A stretch of DNA of 64,000 bases from Lama glama (Eukaryota), in contig CM052816.1 of assembly GCA_028534125.1 (NCBI GenBank), positions 75,518,001-75,582,000 on the forward strand. Direction: 5' to 3'. The translations under genes were made by a program, and so were the position numbers. Of this stretch, positions 27,240-41,680 are shown piece after piece. Within the stretch, counting starts at the first letter, position 1. The number at the start of each line of letters is the position of its first letter. The notes beneath the pieces are model-generated. The model was not told where the DNA came from. It did not search any database and saw nothing but the letters and a program-made list of their open reading frames with translations.

Positions 27240-29640
27240 GTGGCAGCTTCTCTCATTAAAACAGATCTGAGCAACGTAGCTCTCAGATGCCGCAGTCCCC
27301 CATCTATTCCATGCGGATCCATATTCCATACTTGTTCAAATAGCACCTTCTTGTGGGCTTTTCTTCCTGAAGTAAACACGGAAGAGGACAAGCGACAGCC
27401 CCTGTCACTACAGTTGATCTTGGGGCACAATTAGTGCTTATCGTCTCTCTGCTCCACTATTGGTTCTCAGTTCCCTAACCCTCAGCAATCATCTGCAGGT
27501 TTTAGTACTTACTTGGCAATACTACCCACAGCCTCATTCTGGAAACGTCTGAGACTCTGGTAATCACACTTTTCTCTGGACAGGGTTGCTGCTTTTGTCA
27601 GTTCACAGGTACAATCGGGTAAAGGGGGGACAAAATGGACCCAGGTGGATCATTTGCATTCTACATGTATTCTTCCCTGCTTTCACTGTGAAAGCAGCCC
27701 TACCTACTCAGTCCTGGATGTATCATTTCGATCTCTACTGTCTCAATTCTGGGTGTCCAATTTCCATCCTATGATGGACTACTGCTAAGTTTCAAATTAT
27801 AATAGGAAATGAGAGATACATGGTCACTGGGTGCCATGGTCAAATGTTCTACCAGGACACAGTAACACTCCAGGGGCTGATCCTCAAGAAATGTTTCATT
27901 CTCCACCACAGATGGCTTTTCTTTCTCCAGAACACCAGAGGTCTGCATTAATCCTTCCATTGGTGCTTGTCATAAACTCCATAAAATGAATCCTTTTTTC
28001 ACCTGATACTTCAATACCTTAGTGTTAGCTAGATCAAATGGCCCAAGGGGCAAGGGTGTTTGTGTCAAAGCCATCAGCCTTCCATGTATATTTTAAGTTG
28101 GAGAACAATTCCTAAGTACGGAATATGCACCTGCAGAACCTGAAAAGGACCACCAGGCATTGTGCAGTAGTTTGTCTTTTACCCCTGACTATATCCTTTA
28201 AAAACTTCACTGAAGTGTCAGGTCTCTGAATCTCTATCATATTTATCTCTCATCCTCTGAAGTACCATGGCTTCCGGCATGTCAGTTACCTCTTGCTCAT
28301 CTAGCCAGTCAGCATGATATCCATCAGTGTACTGGATCAGTGTGGTGCTCTGTGGGAGATCCAGATCGTTCATGTGGTCCACATCTCTTTGAAGTACATT
28401 ATGACAGAAGATGGGAGAATTAACATAGCCCTGAGGCAAGAACAAAACTTTAAATAAATTGTTTATTTGGATGCAAACTGTTTCTATTCCATTAAGAATG
28501 GAAACAAACACATTTGCCCAATAAAAGACCACATAGGATGTGCCTGAGACTTTATCACTCTGGTCTACCAGTGATACTAGCTCTGGTATGGCCGCAGAAA
28601 TCGGGGCTCCTACATGGATGAGAGCAGAGTAGTCTATACTCATCAGCATCCGTCAGATTTCTACAGGTGCCAAATTGCCTAATTAGAGGGATAGTCAGGA
28701 ACCACCAGCCATGCATCTTTTAGATCTTTAAGTCTGACACTAATACCCACTCTCCTCCCAAGATTTTATGTTTAATATCTTCTCCAGGATTTAACACAAT
28801 TTCAGAGTCTTAAAACATTTGTCCTTCCGCATCACAGTAGCTGCCAACCCACAGGCCAAAAACTCAATGTGAGGATTACTCTAACTGCAAAGTTTATCAC
28901 TTCCAATTCATACTCTGTGGCAAGGAATGGACCCATTGTAAGGCAGGCTCTGGCCAGGACTCCATTTATCACTTAGCTCCATTGTGTCTCCACTTTAATA
29001 GGGAGGCGTCAAAGATGCTTTGAATCTCTGTGTCAACTCAGACCCTGTGTCCTACAGTCCTCAAAATATTTGGCATTTTTATTTCCACAGTGTAGAGTGA
29101 CTTGAGTAAATGGCTGTAAGTTTTGAGGGGAAGGACTAACGGTACTTTTAAGTATGCATTTGCCATGCCTTTTTAAGTTCCTTCCTTTTGACCTGAACTC
29201 CCCTTGATTCACTGAGTCCCAGATCTGAAAATAGGAGGAGAAATTGGCTGAGTAAGGGATCATGACATTTTATTAAGCAACTGTCCCCACCCTCTTGCTC
29301 CTCTATTCTTGCCTTATTCTCATGGTTGATGTAAGTAGCACCCTCATTGGCTGCCTCTCTCAGTCTTAACTGATGGTCTTAATGAATGGCGTGTCCTCTG
29401 GGTCATCCCATGTAATGAAATCTTATGGTGGGTCTCCCAACCTCACATAACATACCTACTCCAGCATGCTTACCTCCCTCAGACTTCTTGCTTCCTCTAC
29501 AATCTGCCCCAGTAGCTCAATCGTCTCATTTTCACCCAGGGTGGGCCACTACTTTCTCCAGGCTCCTAAGAACCACCCCAGCAGTTAACTCGCCCCATTT
29601 ACTGGGGTCCTTGCCAGAGTGTTAATTCCGTGTTTGAGAA
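27240..29640 (-). mobile_element. ERV-L internal relic (degenerate gag-end, protease and pol)
   Basis: Minus ORF 28218..28649 (IDYSAL...PISAAIPELVSLVDQ...ANVFVSI...LPQGYVNSPIFCHNVLQRD...LIQYTDG) matches ERV-L RT. ORF 29033..29263 (PQNLQPFTQVTLHCG) matches the ERV-L protease N-terminus. Boundaries approximate. Confidence 0.85.
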
Positions 29641-30624
29641 AGTGTTCCTAAATCACTGAATTCTTGCTTTTTGCTGTCTTACATTCCAACCACTAGATCA
29701 AAACCCCTCAGGGACAACACTTCAAAGCCTTTAAAAAGACATCGGATACAAACTCCAGTACTTACAACTGAAATGGTATGAGAGCTGTGATTTTCTTTAA
29801 ACACTCAGTAGAGGAGAGGGATAAATTAGGAGTTCAGGATTAAAAAAAAAAACACTCAATAGAAAAGTAAATAAAATAAAATATGTGCTTAGAAGGTACT
29901 AGATGAAATTAGAATATCCAAATGTTGGTAAGTACTGAAGCTGGTTGACAACATCATGACAGTATATGTGTGGTCCTTATTACATGTTCTATTTTTGGGT
30001 GTATGCTTGAAATGTTAGATGATGAAAAGATAAACAACAACAAGATATTAGAGAGCTTCAGATTTTTTACATTCCTATGGAGTTTCAAGATGAAAACAGT
30101 TTCAATTTTTTTTATAAAAGGTAGGAAGGAAGGTTTGAATGTAATAAGATTGGGCAACGTGAGAGGGAAGGAGAAAGCCATGGAAGAGTGGAGAGGGAAG
30201 AGGAGGAGAGGAGGTGGAGGAAAAGGGGAGAAAGGGAAATCCTACATATAATGTGGGGTGGAGATCCAAAACTTAAATGTAACTTAAACACCGCCCATCA
30301 GATATTCCTTTTCCATAGAGCTTCATCCTCCTTGAATCCTGTGGGTTGTGCAGATGCTATGTATGAGAGTTCTTCTAAATCTCTTCGGTGGCCACATGAA
30401 TAAGATGATGTGATCCAAAGTGACCTTTGGAAGATGAGAGACCGGTGTTCTGAAATCTCCAAGAGCCTGAGGCGTTTTACCTTGAGGTACTATGCCTGTG
30501 GTTAAGGTGTGGAATAACTTGCTTTGCATAAGGGATTCTAATATACAGTCGGGGCTGAGAACCACTAGATTAAGAGTTAAAGGTGGGAGTGCTGTCCTTC
30601 ACAGGGAGGCGACATTGAATCAGG

Positions 30625-30850
30625 CATGAGAAGCTCTATCTTGGAGTCAGACAGGCTTGTATTTGGATGCTATTCTTAGGCAAGTTATGTAACTTCTCTG
30701 GACCTCACTTTTCTTGGTCTGTCAGATATAAATAGTGATATCGACTTCATAAAGTTGTGAGGTGTGAATATGGTACCAAGTATTATTGTTTGGGAAGCAT
30801 CTAGCTGTCTACCCCCTAGATAAGTGTTCAATGAAGAGTAGCTATTGTTA
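30625..30850 (+). mobile_element. MIR SINE
   Basis: ttggagtcagacaggc...taggcaagttatgtaacttctctggacctcac. Confidence 0.7.
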
Positions 30851-32516
30851 TTCTACAAAAGATTAATGAAGCCAGAAAAGCCTTCTAAATCCCAGAGGGG
30901 AAAAAATCTCTTATTATGAAATAGCATTAGAGATGAGTAGGGGACATCTTTGGGGATTTTCATAGGAGCCCTCAAGTTGCACAGGAGGAGGCTCCAATCC
31001 ACATGGTTGTAAGTTTGACATCCTTCTTTTCCACATCTGCCTTATAAGGTTACGGCTGAAAGGGGCATTTCGTAAAAGTGTGAGAAAACGCAAGTCAAGA
31101 TCACAGTGAAAAAAAAAATGTGCCTCATATTAGGGAAAACAAATCTGTCAATACAGAGTGTGAGGGAATAGCTATCACTGGGGTCGTCTATATGCTGCTG
31201 ATGGGGTGTAATTAGGACACCTGGGGAAATACTTTGGTTTTCTATCGGATAGTTGAGCAGCCATGCACCCTATTATCTAGCAACTCCACTCCCGCAGTTG
31301 TAACCAGGAGACGCTCCAGCGCATGTTACCTAAAGACATGAAAAAGTTCATATCATTTCTACATTGTAATAACAAAAAACTGGCAATAGCCAGAGTGCTA
31401 AAAAAAAAAATCTTATTGTAGAAAATTTAGAAAATATGGGCCAAAATAACAGAAAAATATAATTATGATATCTTTAGTATTTTTCCTATATATAAATACA
31501 GTTTAATGAGATAATACTATATGTACAGTTTTACACTTTATCCTTTTGAGTTCACATATGGGCTGATACTAAGCTGGAACACACAGTACAACCATTTCAG
31601 TCACTGAACTATTGAATTATTTCCATAGGCTTGGAAATGGTTGCTACCCCAAGGCTTCCACATGCCCCTTCTTGAATTTGGCATGGCTCCATCCCTGGGA
31701 CCTACTTAGACTCCCTCACATTTCAGAAACTAGAGGAGTATGTCTGACACTGATAGAGGGTTTCAGAATGCACTCCAGCACAATGTCCAGCAACCAATCG
31801 AATAAATTAGCACTTGTGCCATAGCAGTTAAATACTTCTACTATGCATGTCATTAATTTTTAAAATTTGTATAATGTCCATGTGATGGGTATGCTATAAT
31901 TTATTCAATTACTTCCTTACTTTTTAAGAATTAGGAGTTTTTAAAATATTTTTATTTTGTAAATATTACTGTGATGAGCATCTTTGTTTCATTGCTTCTT
32001 TGGGAGACTACGACCAGGTCACACAAGGATGAACACTGCTGAAGCCCCTGGTACATGCTGTGTAACCTTGGTAACACTTTTTAAATATGGCAATGGGTTG
32101 ACTTAAAAAGAAACCCATGAAACAAAGGAACTCAAAGACCAAAGGATACTGAAAATGTAAGACTCTCAAATGGGGGTTTTCATGACATAGGTTACAACAC
32201 TTTAACCTTTAAAAAGAACTTTTCCATTAGGTATTGTTTCATTTGATACTCAAAACAATTCTGTCGAAGTGGTTAGACAGATATTACCATTGATAACATT
32301 TCCAAAACCAATCAATTAATAATCTATATAGCTGAGCCTAACACAGGCCTTGTGAATACACATACACTCTCCTCATTTCACAGCTTTCAACTTGATATAA
32401 TATTGTATATATACATGGGTTAATACTAACACTTTTTAAATGAATGTTGCTGAAGTTTTACTCTCATCCTTGTGCTTATTTGATATTACAGAAAATCCAC
32501 TGAGAACTAATTCTGA

Positions 32517-32601
32517 AGCAACAAGGTCCTACTGTATAGCACAGAGAAATATATTCAATACCTATAATAATAGCCTATAATGAAAAAGAATATGAAAAGA
32601 A

Positions 32602-32633
<32 letters not shown>

Positions 32634-32705
32634 AAGTGAATCACTATGCCATTCTCTGGAAACTAACACAACATTGTAAATCAACTTCAATTAAAAAAAA
32701 CAAAA
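32517..32705 (+). mobile_element. Short L1 3' end with internal (TA)n (about 32602-32629) and A-tail
   Basis: acaaggtcctactgtatagcacag...aacattgtaaatcaacttcaattaaaaaaaa. Confidence 0.85.
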
Positions 32706-33916
32706 GAGCCAGTTCTGACTTTAACCAGATAATGGCCATACCATCCTTAAAGTCAGATGCTTCTCTTCCATACGCGTAAATAAACTCCAATTGATGATGA
32801 GTTTAGACAAAATGTCATGGATAATTCTCATCTCTAATTTAATAAAAGTGATTGTATTACTCCTGCTCAGCTTGTAGCGGATAAAAATTACAGAACTCTA
32901 GGAAAGGAAAATATGACAACAGACCTAATGATTTTCAAAGAGAGGGACACATTCCCAGAGTTATTTTTTTCACTCTGAGTGGAACTTTCATTTGGACTCA
33001 TCCTTCCATTCTGCCTCAACTACACAAACCAACATCCTTTTCTAGCCAAAGCCTATATTCTTAGCACTAAAAATACTCCTTCTAGAAACTGATATATTTT
33101 TGTTTGTTTGAGGAAAACTTGATTCAGCCCTTGACAATCTTGCCATGACAACAAGTTTGTTTCCATCCAGTTCTGTAATGTCTATTTGATTTCAAACATA
33201 CCACCTCATGCATTCCCAGAATACAGCATCTCTCTGTTATTTTAGACTTCAGTCTGCTGCAGGCCCAGAGAGAACTGTTGTGTGTCTGTAATTCATGTTT
33301 ATTTTTAGAGCTATATGACTTTCATTAGAAATCACAAATCTATCCTAACCCAGTTTAGACTTGTGTTCTGACAAAAATATTCATGCCGAGAGAGTTTCAA
33401 TGAGCAGGCTTTGAAAAAATAATTGAAGGACTTGTTCCTAAGGAGATATGATGATGGTGGAATATGTTCATCTATCTGCATCTCTCTTGTAGGATTAAAA
33501 GAGTCTTTTGAGGTATTTGATTCACACCACCAAACAATATCAAGTGAGGGTTTCTTTAAAGACAGAGATTACAAAATGAGTCTGATAAATAAACCGCAGC
33601 CCCATAAAGCAAGACAAAGAGATATTTACTGTGGTCGCCTGAAATTTAATCATTAGAACCTAACACTCTCACAGTATGCTGTCGCTTTGAAAGAAAACAT
33701 ATTTGAAGAGGGAAGGGCTAGCACTCATTAAGTGCCTACCAGGTTCCAAGCACTTTCTGCAACATAAGAAGTAAGTATTGTTACTATCCCCATTTTAGAA
33801 TTGACAAATCTGAGCAAATAAAGAGCAGGGCCAAGATGTGAATCCCATTCTGTTTAAATTCCAAAACCATTGACCTTTCCAGCCTTAAGTACTGTAGTGC
33901 ACATGTTGAATGACAG

Positions 33917-34475
33917 TGTGATCTAGCTCTTAGTAAATTGCCTTAATGCTCCCAAATGTTCACCATTCCTGTACAACCACACTTTGCCGTATACTTCCCA
34001 GTTTTTGTTTTACTACTCCCTGCATATATGCCCTCTGCCTGGTAGCTTTCTAGGGCCTTCTCACCATAGGCAGAGAGTAAACCCTGTATCTCAAGTCTGG
34101 TCTCAGCCATGTGACTTGCTTTGGCCAATGGAATATTAATATACGTAATACAAGTGGGTGCTTTAAAGCATTTGCATGATTGGGTTTGCCCCCTTGTACC
34201 TCTGCCAATGCAATGAGAAAGACTCACTGGTCTGGAGGGAGGATGAGAAAAACATGAAACAAATCCCCCAGGCTGGATCAGCTGAACTCAGCAAATTGCA
34301 GACACATGAGTGAATAGAGCCAAGACCTGTAGAACCACCCTGTCACACCCTGCCTAACTCAGCCACCATCAGCTAACGTATAGACTTTTGAAAACAAATC
34401 TTACTGTTTTTAAGCCACTGAGCTTTGGAATAATTTGTTACACAGCAGTTTTGTGGCAATAGCTGACTAATCTAC
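33917..34475 (+). mobile_element. MaLR LTR (MLT1G/H-like)
   Basis: agccatgtgacttgctttggccaatggaat...tttaagccactgagctttgg...gtggcaatagctgactaa. Confidence 0.75.
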
Positions 34476-37400
34476 CCCCAAAACCCTGTCTCAACATGGC
34501 ACAGGAACTGGGTTGTATGTTTTTTTAATACTGCAGGTTGCAAAACGTAGAAAAGACTGAATATAGCTTCTATGCACAATGAAGGAAAACCTTTCAGTCA
34601 AACAATTAACCCTAGAAATGTTCTCTAAGAGTTCTTGAAATATTAAAACATTAGCCATACTACAAAGTTAAGCAACTGTGAAACAGTAAGGCCTAAGGTC
34701 ACCAGCTGTTTTACTTCCTAGAATGTAATCAACATCCCAGGGATAAAGGTGATGTGTTTCTAAGAGACACTGGCAAGCTATGACTCTGAAAGAAGGGGGT
34801 ATATAAAAATTTCAACCCATAAAAAAATCACACTTTAAAATAACTAATAGGGAAAGTTTGACTAGTTTTTATCTTTTAGCCTTACAGTTTCATATAGTCT
34901 CTCTTCCCCCAAAGAACTTACTTAATTCTCCTTTACGTAAGAGAGAAATGATTATGTGAAGATAAACAGATTAGTCACATCTTTTCTTTTTGCTTATTAT
35001 TGCCCTTATTCTAACACCCAGGGCTTGTCTCTATTTTGCATATTCTTTAGTGTCTGCAAACCACACATTAGAATAAGACTTTTTTGCTATATAGTGAACA
35101 TTTACCCATGCTTTGAGACTCAGCTCCAATTTTTGCTCTTTAATAAAGAGTTCCATAAACTGTTCTCTCTTTCTATCCTAATGACTTGCCACTAGTCAAA
35201 ATAATCTCTGTCCCAGAGTTCTCCCCTGGTAGCTTTTTGACACTTTCCAGTTGGGTTTTGAGATATTTTGTACCTTTTGACCCATCTGCAATGAACCTAA
35301 TTGCCTCCAAACACCAGAAGGGTAATGATGAGTAAGGAGGGCTGACAAATGGCAGTCATGGGTGATGGAGTTCCTGGTTAAATCAAAAAGCAAATCCCTT
35401 CTGAAGGGAAGAAGCTACACTCAGGTACACCTAATTTTTGCCATTAGGAAAATATAGGCTCAGAGGTGACAAATCTACCAATTTTTAAGATTTGAATGTC
35501 CAGATTTTTATGCATTTCAGGCCCAGGGAGGAGAAAGAAAATAGAGATCAGTGTCCTTTCCTTCTAAAGGCATGACCCAGAAGTTGTATATGACAACTCT
35601 GCTCACATCCCATTGGACAGAGCATTGTCACATGATTCCTTGGTGGCAAAGAAGTCTGGGAAATGTAGTCTTTCTAGATATATTGCTACCCAGCTAAAGC
35701 CTCAAATACTATAGAAGGAGAGAATATATACTTAAGAGATAGTGTTCTCTGTAACATGCACATAAAGTGAAAACATTTTGACAAGTTCTTAGACATTGAT
35801 TTTGTTTTGGTCAGTGCATGTAAATTTATAAGTAAATCTGTCTCTAGGCACACTTCTTTATCAAAAAGGACTACTTTTTCTCCTTACTTCCACTAGTAAA
35901 CATTGAAAAGAGATATTTAAAGAAATACATTTAAAACAGGACTATAATTTTAGACTGCCTGAAATGGCCAGAGGATTTGATCTAGCTTTTTGCTGCTCAC
36001 TACAAGATTGATACTGGGTACACTTCATTTTTAAATGAAAAGAGGTGATTTTGGCAAATGATACTCAGGCAGATGAGCTATATTTATTCATTAAGTGGTT
36101 AGTGGTTATCTGTTCATTGAAGGACAACCATGGCAAGTCACCTTGTTGGGCACAGATGATACAAAAGGATCACAAAGCACACATGGTCCTTGTCTTCATG
36201 GAGAGAAGACAGACATCAATCACATGATCATGTTAATAGAAGCATGATTACAAATGGACATAAGTAGAATTAAAGTTGATACAGAGCACCGGGCAGTGTG
36301 TAGGCAAAGGGAATATGAAGATAAACCCTAAGAGAACACAAAAAGCTTCTCCTTTCACACTCAAGCACCAACTCTAGCTCTCTCTTTGTGCACCTTTTCT
36401 TTTGAGGGGAAACCTGAGGAATTTCCAAAGAATATGCCACTCAGAAATGTAGATGATTAGCATCCAAACATCACAGTTATGTTTTGTAGGCATGCTTCAC
36501 TGATAGAGCAATTAATTTTTACTCCAATCTAGTTTTCTACCAAAAAAGCTGAGTAGTCTGTATGAATAATAGAAAACAGCTCAGCTATGTGTTTGTCCCA
36601 AGCCATACTCCCTGCTTCTTCTGTCATGGAAGTCTTGTTGAGCTGCCAAAATGATATTAGACTTCATTAAAAGCATCCCAACAGTCAGTGTTCAGCAGCA
36701 ATTTAGGAGGAGAATGCTGGAAAATTACCATTGTCTTGCCAAGATGCGGGGTATAAATTAAAAGAAGCAGGTTTTTCCTGACAGAAGAGTAAGATCCAAA
36801 ATATATTAACACTTCTAGATTACACATTACCCAGGATATTTTAGAGTACTGTGGTTCCTGTTTTTAGGGTTTCCACTAAGCACACTATTTTTCTTTCTTA
36901 TTTTGTTGTTAATATCTTCTGACTATTGCTCTTGCAAAATCCCACTCTATCCCCTGCCTCTAGGGCTAGTTGCCCCCTTTCTGCACTACTGCCTCTTCCG
37001 TGACACTCAGAAGCTCCCAGAGAGACGTTCACTCAACTCTCAGCTCTGCCTTTAAACCCCTAGAAGTGCCCTGATCCTCTTCTACTCCTCAGTGTTCAGC
37101 AAAATAACAAAATTTTTAAACACTCAATAATTGCATTTTCCAATAAAACATCGAGCACCCACTGGCTTCAGCAAGGAAATTCAGAAAGGGGGATGTCCTT
37201 GAAGTCAGGAGATGTGAGCAAGTTGCCATGTCAGTGGAAGCTTTCGTTTCCTCAACAATTAAATATAGTTAAAATTAGCTACCTTTCTTTATCCTGTGGG
37301 GCTTTGATGAGATGAAGTACATGAAAGCACTTGAAAGACGACAGTATATATTATACGAGCTGAAGGTGTGAGAATCAGGGTATCCCCTGAACACATTAAG

Positions 37401-38519
37401 TGTGATATATTTTAAAGACTGAAAATCTTGCTGTCTTCATAACTTCATTCCATCCTCAAATCTCAAAATAATCCAGTTTATCATGATACCTGAAATTTGC
37501 ACACTTGCCATTTTCAGGGGTCTCCAGAAGCCTCCCTGGAAATAGAAAGATCTACCCAGTATTGGTAACAACTGAACCTCAAAGGCAGATGCAGAGAGAA
37601 GTTTATCAGATTGTTCCATTCTGATCTTGCCAAATGGATGAGGTATATTAGAGAATGAGATATGACATGAGCAAATTTGGACTAAATTCAAGCTTGCCTG
37701 AACTACTTATGCACATGGGTAGAACACAAGGAGAAAAGAAATTGGAATCAATCTCAAAAGGGAAATATGAAGGCAAGTACTATAGAGAAATTTCTTCTAC
37801 TTAACCACTTGACTCAATTCTAGATGATAAGGACCAAGTTTGGCTGTGAAAATTAATTATCTTTCTTTCCAATTCCCTTTCATCACCTCCTTGGTCAGTC
37901 TTGTTTTCCTTGCTTGTAAAATAAGAATAAGAAACCTTACAGTTTTTTGGGGGGATTAGATATTAAAATAACTAAATGCACTAAGATACCATATCTAGCA
38001 TCTAGTATGTGATCAATAAGTCTACTTTCTTCCCCTTGTACTCTGTAAGAAATTTTACTGTATGAAATTTTGATTAGGGGTGCAGAAGGGAGAACTGACA
38101 TAAAGGGGAGAAGAAAAAGTGAAAGTGAGAACTTGGCTCGTGGACAGTCACTTTAATGGGTATGAACAGTCATAAATAAATGTGCAATCTCTCTCTATAA
38201 AAAAACTAAAAACATTACATGTGCTATAAAGAGCATGGTTTTATTTCAACTGAGCAAGTAACAAATACTCTCACAACCATATGGCCAAGAGAAAGAACTC
38301 AATAATGGATACATGCAATATACACAGAAAAAGGAAAATCTGTAGAAGTATTGAGAATTAATCCTCAAATAACTGGCTCACCCATGTCAATAAGGACAGA
38401 ATAATCTAGGGCCCAGCTACAAACTTCAATTCCTGCTTGATTTTCCTTGCCCCATCTGCCCCATCTCTAGAATGTGAATCTCCATATCCCAAGCCAGTCT
38501 TGACAGCAGCATATACACC

Positions 38520-38724
38520 AGCTTCTTGTTGTAACAAAGAAGGCTAGAGGGCTCTCTGGGGTCTCTTCTGGGGTCTCTTCTGTAAGGGCACTAATCCCAC
38601 TCACGAGGATGCCATCCTCATGACCTAGTCACCTCCCAAAGGCCCCACCTTCTATACCATCACGTAGGGGGTTAGAATTTCAACATATGAATTTTGAGGG
38701 AACGCAAGCATTCATTCTATAGCA
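38520..38724 (-). mobile_element. MaLR LTR fragment (MLT1A-like)
   Basis: taagggcactaatccca...catgacctagtcacctcccaaaggccccacct...atttcaacatatgaattttg...cattcattctatagca. Confidence 0.8.
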
Positions 38725-40966
38725 CTGACATGCCTATCCCTCAAGGTCTTCTTCAAAGCCAATTAGACCCAGATTTCAAGAGCTGGAGGTAAATCTTGGG
38801 CCCTTGGGTAGCAGTCCTCGAATTGTAGTGCTAGCCTCTCTCCCTTCTTCACACAGTCCATCTATAAACCAATATGATTTTAAATGTTTGTCCATTAATT
38901 ATTTTTCTGTTCTGTTCCTTCTAGTAGCGGAATTTCACCAATTGGGTTGGGATTTAGTGGCCACCAAGCTCCTGCTGTGCTCCTCTCTGGGACAGTCCCT
39001 GGTCCTTACACACTCACTTCTCCAACCTATTGACAAAGATCTCTCTCTCCTCATATCATTCACAGCTATGATTTGTTCTATACTTGTCTGCCACCTGAAA
39101 TCCCAGGATCTAGAACTCTGCTCACCTTTTTGTGTGAGTGCAAGCTTCCTTAGTTCCTCTAAAAACATCTTTCCTTTATCTCAATAAACATGTCTCTGGT
39201 TCCCTAATATTCTCTCCCTACTGACTGGCCAGTGTTATCAATTCCTAAGTATTTCTGTGGCTGAGGCCACTCAATTTATAAGCTCTAAAATATTTTTAAA
39301 TGTTTATTTGCAATTTATCTATTCCACAAATATCTACTGAGCACCTACTATATGTCTAGGACTATTCTAGGTAGTAGGAACAGAGAAATGAATAAACAAG
39401 TGAAATTACCTGCATTCATTTAACGTCGATAGATTTAATCTAATTTTTTTTTAAAAACTAGAAGGTGTATTCAGTAAGTTAGGAGACAAAATAATCAAAA
39501 TAAACTATAATGATAAATCAAAACAAATAAGACTTTATTTAGTAAAGCAATACATTTTTGGATTGACTTTAAAACCTCCTTTGCTCAAATATAAGTTGGG
39601 GAAGATCTGGTATGCTGGCAGTTCAAGGAAAAAGATCTATGAGTTAATTCGAACATAAAAACCCAATGTAATAGAGGCTGCTAACAACTACAACAACAAC
39701 TACCCAAAAAAACTTGAATCTTAAGCTGAAGTAAGAGAAGTTCAATGTTCACATCAGATTGAATTTTGTGATCAGTTGCAGACAATATAGAGGGGCTTTT
39801 AAACACTAGAAAGTATTCAGAGGAAAATGAGAAAGGTGGTAAGACACATAGAAACCACTGATTGGAGGGACTATTGTAAGAGCTCATTTGGAGATTTTGT
39901 CCTAGCACATAGAAAATCTGCAAGGTGTGGAATGGTTCTGGAAATCTTTCCAAATATTTGAAATACCATCATATGGAAGCAAGAACAGAATTTTCCTACT
40001 GCAAAGGACAGATCTGCAGCTGAGCACAGGCATTCCAAAACCAAAGAAACTGGCTCATAAGCTGGGCTTTCGAACAATTTGACTTGTGTAAAAATGGTGT
40101 AGTCTGGCTGTGTAGAAGCAGTCAAGTCCCGGAAGTTTTCCAGCAGAGATCAAGTTGCCACCTGCCAAGAACTGGCAGAGTGGGGAGGAAGAGCACAGTA
40201 GGACATAGGTGAGCCTGTTTGACCAGCTAACACCCCTGCCATTTTAATTTAAGGCTCTCTCACCATACATGGTACTCCACGACTTACCAAAGAAAAGAGA
40301 GAGATTTCCCAGTCAGTAGAAAAATACTCAGACAAGCCTGACGATCCTCTTGTAGTGGAGAAAGTTACATCTAACCACAGGGCAGTCAGCACAAATTGAG
40401 GCAAAATGGCCCTTGTGAGAACTGCTAATTCAATCACTTAAATAAAACTGTCTAAATTTAGATGTGCATATGGTACTCATTTAATAAATCTTAAAAGTGA
40501 CACATCTTGACAGGCAAGGGAAATATTTAAGTGCCAACTTCAGAACTACAAATCTGTCTAAATACTATAACTTGTGAATCAGATACACTGCCAATTTTTA
40601 GTGCAAATAAGGTATATATACACACAGACACAGACACAGACACAAAAACACACACAGGGGTGTGCACTTTTAAAAGTATTCTTATGTTGTGCAGGTTTGT
40701 CTTTATAAGGCAATTGTTTATGACTGAAAATGTACAGTATTGCTGTCTTTAAGTTTATTTTCTTTTTTCCTTATTATTTTTTGTTATTGCACCAATGTTT
40801 TGTAAATAAGGAAATAATTATTCTGTTATAGCTCACGTGTTGTTAAGTCACAGTAGGCAGTAGTAGATTTTGTTTCATGTTAACCTTAAAACCATATGCA
40901 ATATTGTTATTTATTAATATATGTATGTGTCCAATATTCAGATGACCAAAATATATTCAGTGTATC

Positions 40967-41680
40967 TGTAGTCAGATGTATTTGGGTTTCACCCATGGTT
41001 CCTGGCTCAAAGCTCTCCAAACCCTCGAAATTTCCTGTGTTGAGAGTGAAAGAAGTTTTTGTCGTGTTCAGGAGGTAATTTTAGAAAGCACCAAAGGATG
41101 GGGGCAGGTTGCCCATGGAGTCAACTGTGTGCTTAGAGGATTAGAACATTCAGTCCCACCCCATGGTCTCTGCAGAGGGAAGAGGGGCTGGAGGTTGAGT
41201 TCAATCACCATTGGTCAACAGTTTACCAATCACACCCATGTAATGAAGCCCCTATAAAGACCCAAAAGGACGGAGTTCAGAGAAGTTCCAGGATGGTGAT
41301 CAGTGGGAGAGGGCTCATCTGGAGACAGCATGGAAGTTCCAGGCCCTTTCCCTATATCTTGTCCTATGCCCTCTTCCATCTGGCTGTTTCTGAGTTATAT
41401 AGCTTTTATAATAAACTGATAATCTAGTAGGTAAAATGTTTCACTGAGTTCTGTGAGCCACTGTATCAAATTAGTGGAATTCTAGAGGAGGGTTGTGGGC
41501 AATTCTGATCTATAGTCTGTTGGCCAGAAGCTCAGGTAATAACCTGGGCTTGTGACTGGCATCTAAAGTGGAGGGGAAGTGGGGGTGGGGAGGAGGGGGA
41601 AGTCTTTGGGGACTGAACCCTATACCTGTGGAATCTGAAGCTATCTTCGGGTAGGTAGTGTTAGAAGTGAATTGAATTCT
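40967..41680 (+). mobile_element. MER21-like ERVL solo LTR
   Basis: ggttcctggctcaaagctc...ccaatcacacccatgtaatgaagcccctataaa (CCAAT/TATA)...tttataataaactg...tgagttctgtgagcc...gtagtgttagaagtgaattgaatt. Confidence 0.75.

Noticed and set aside
39600..40130. Possible CR1/L3 remnant
   Set aside because: Too degraded to support by eye.
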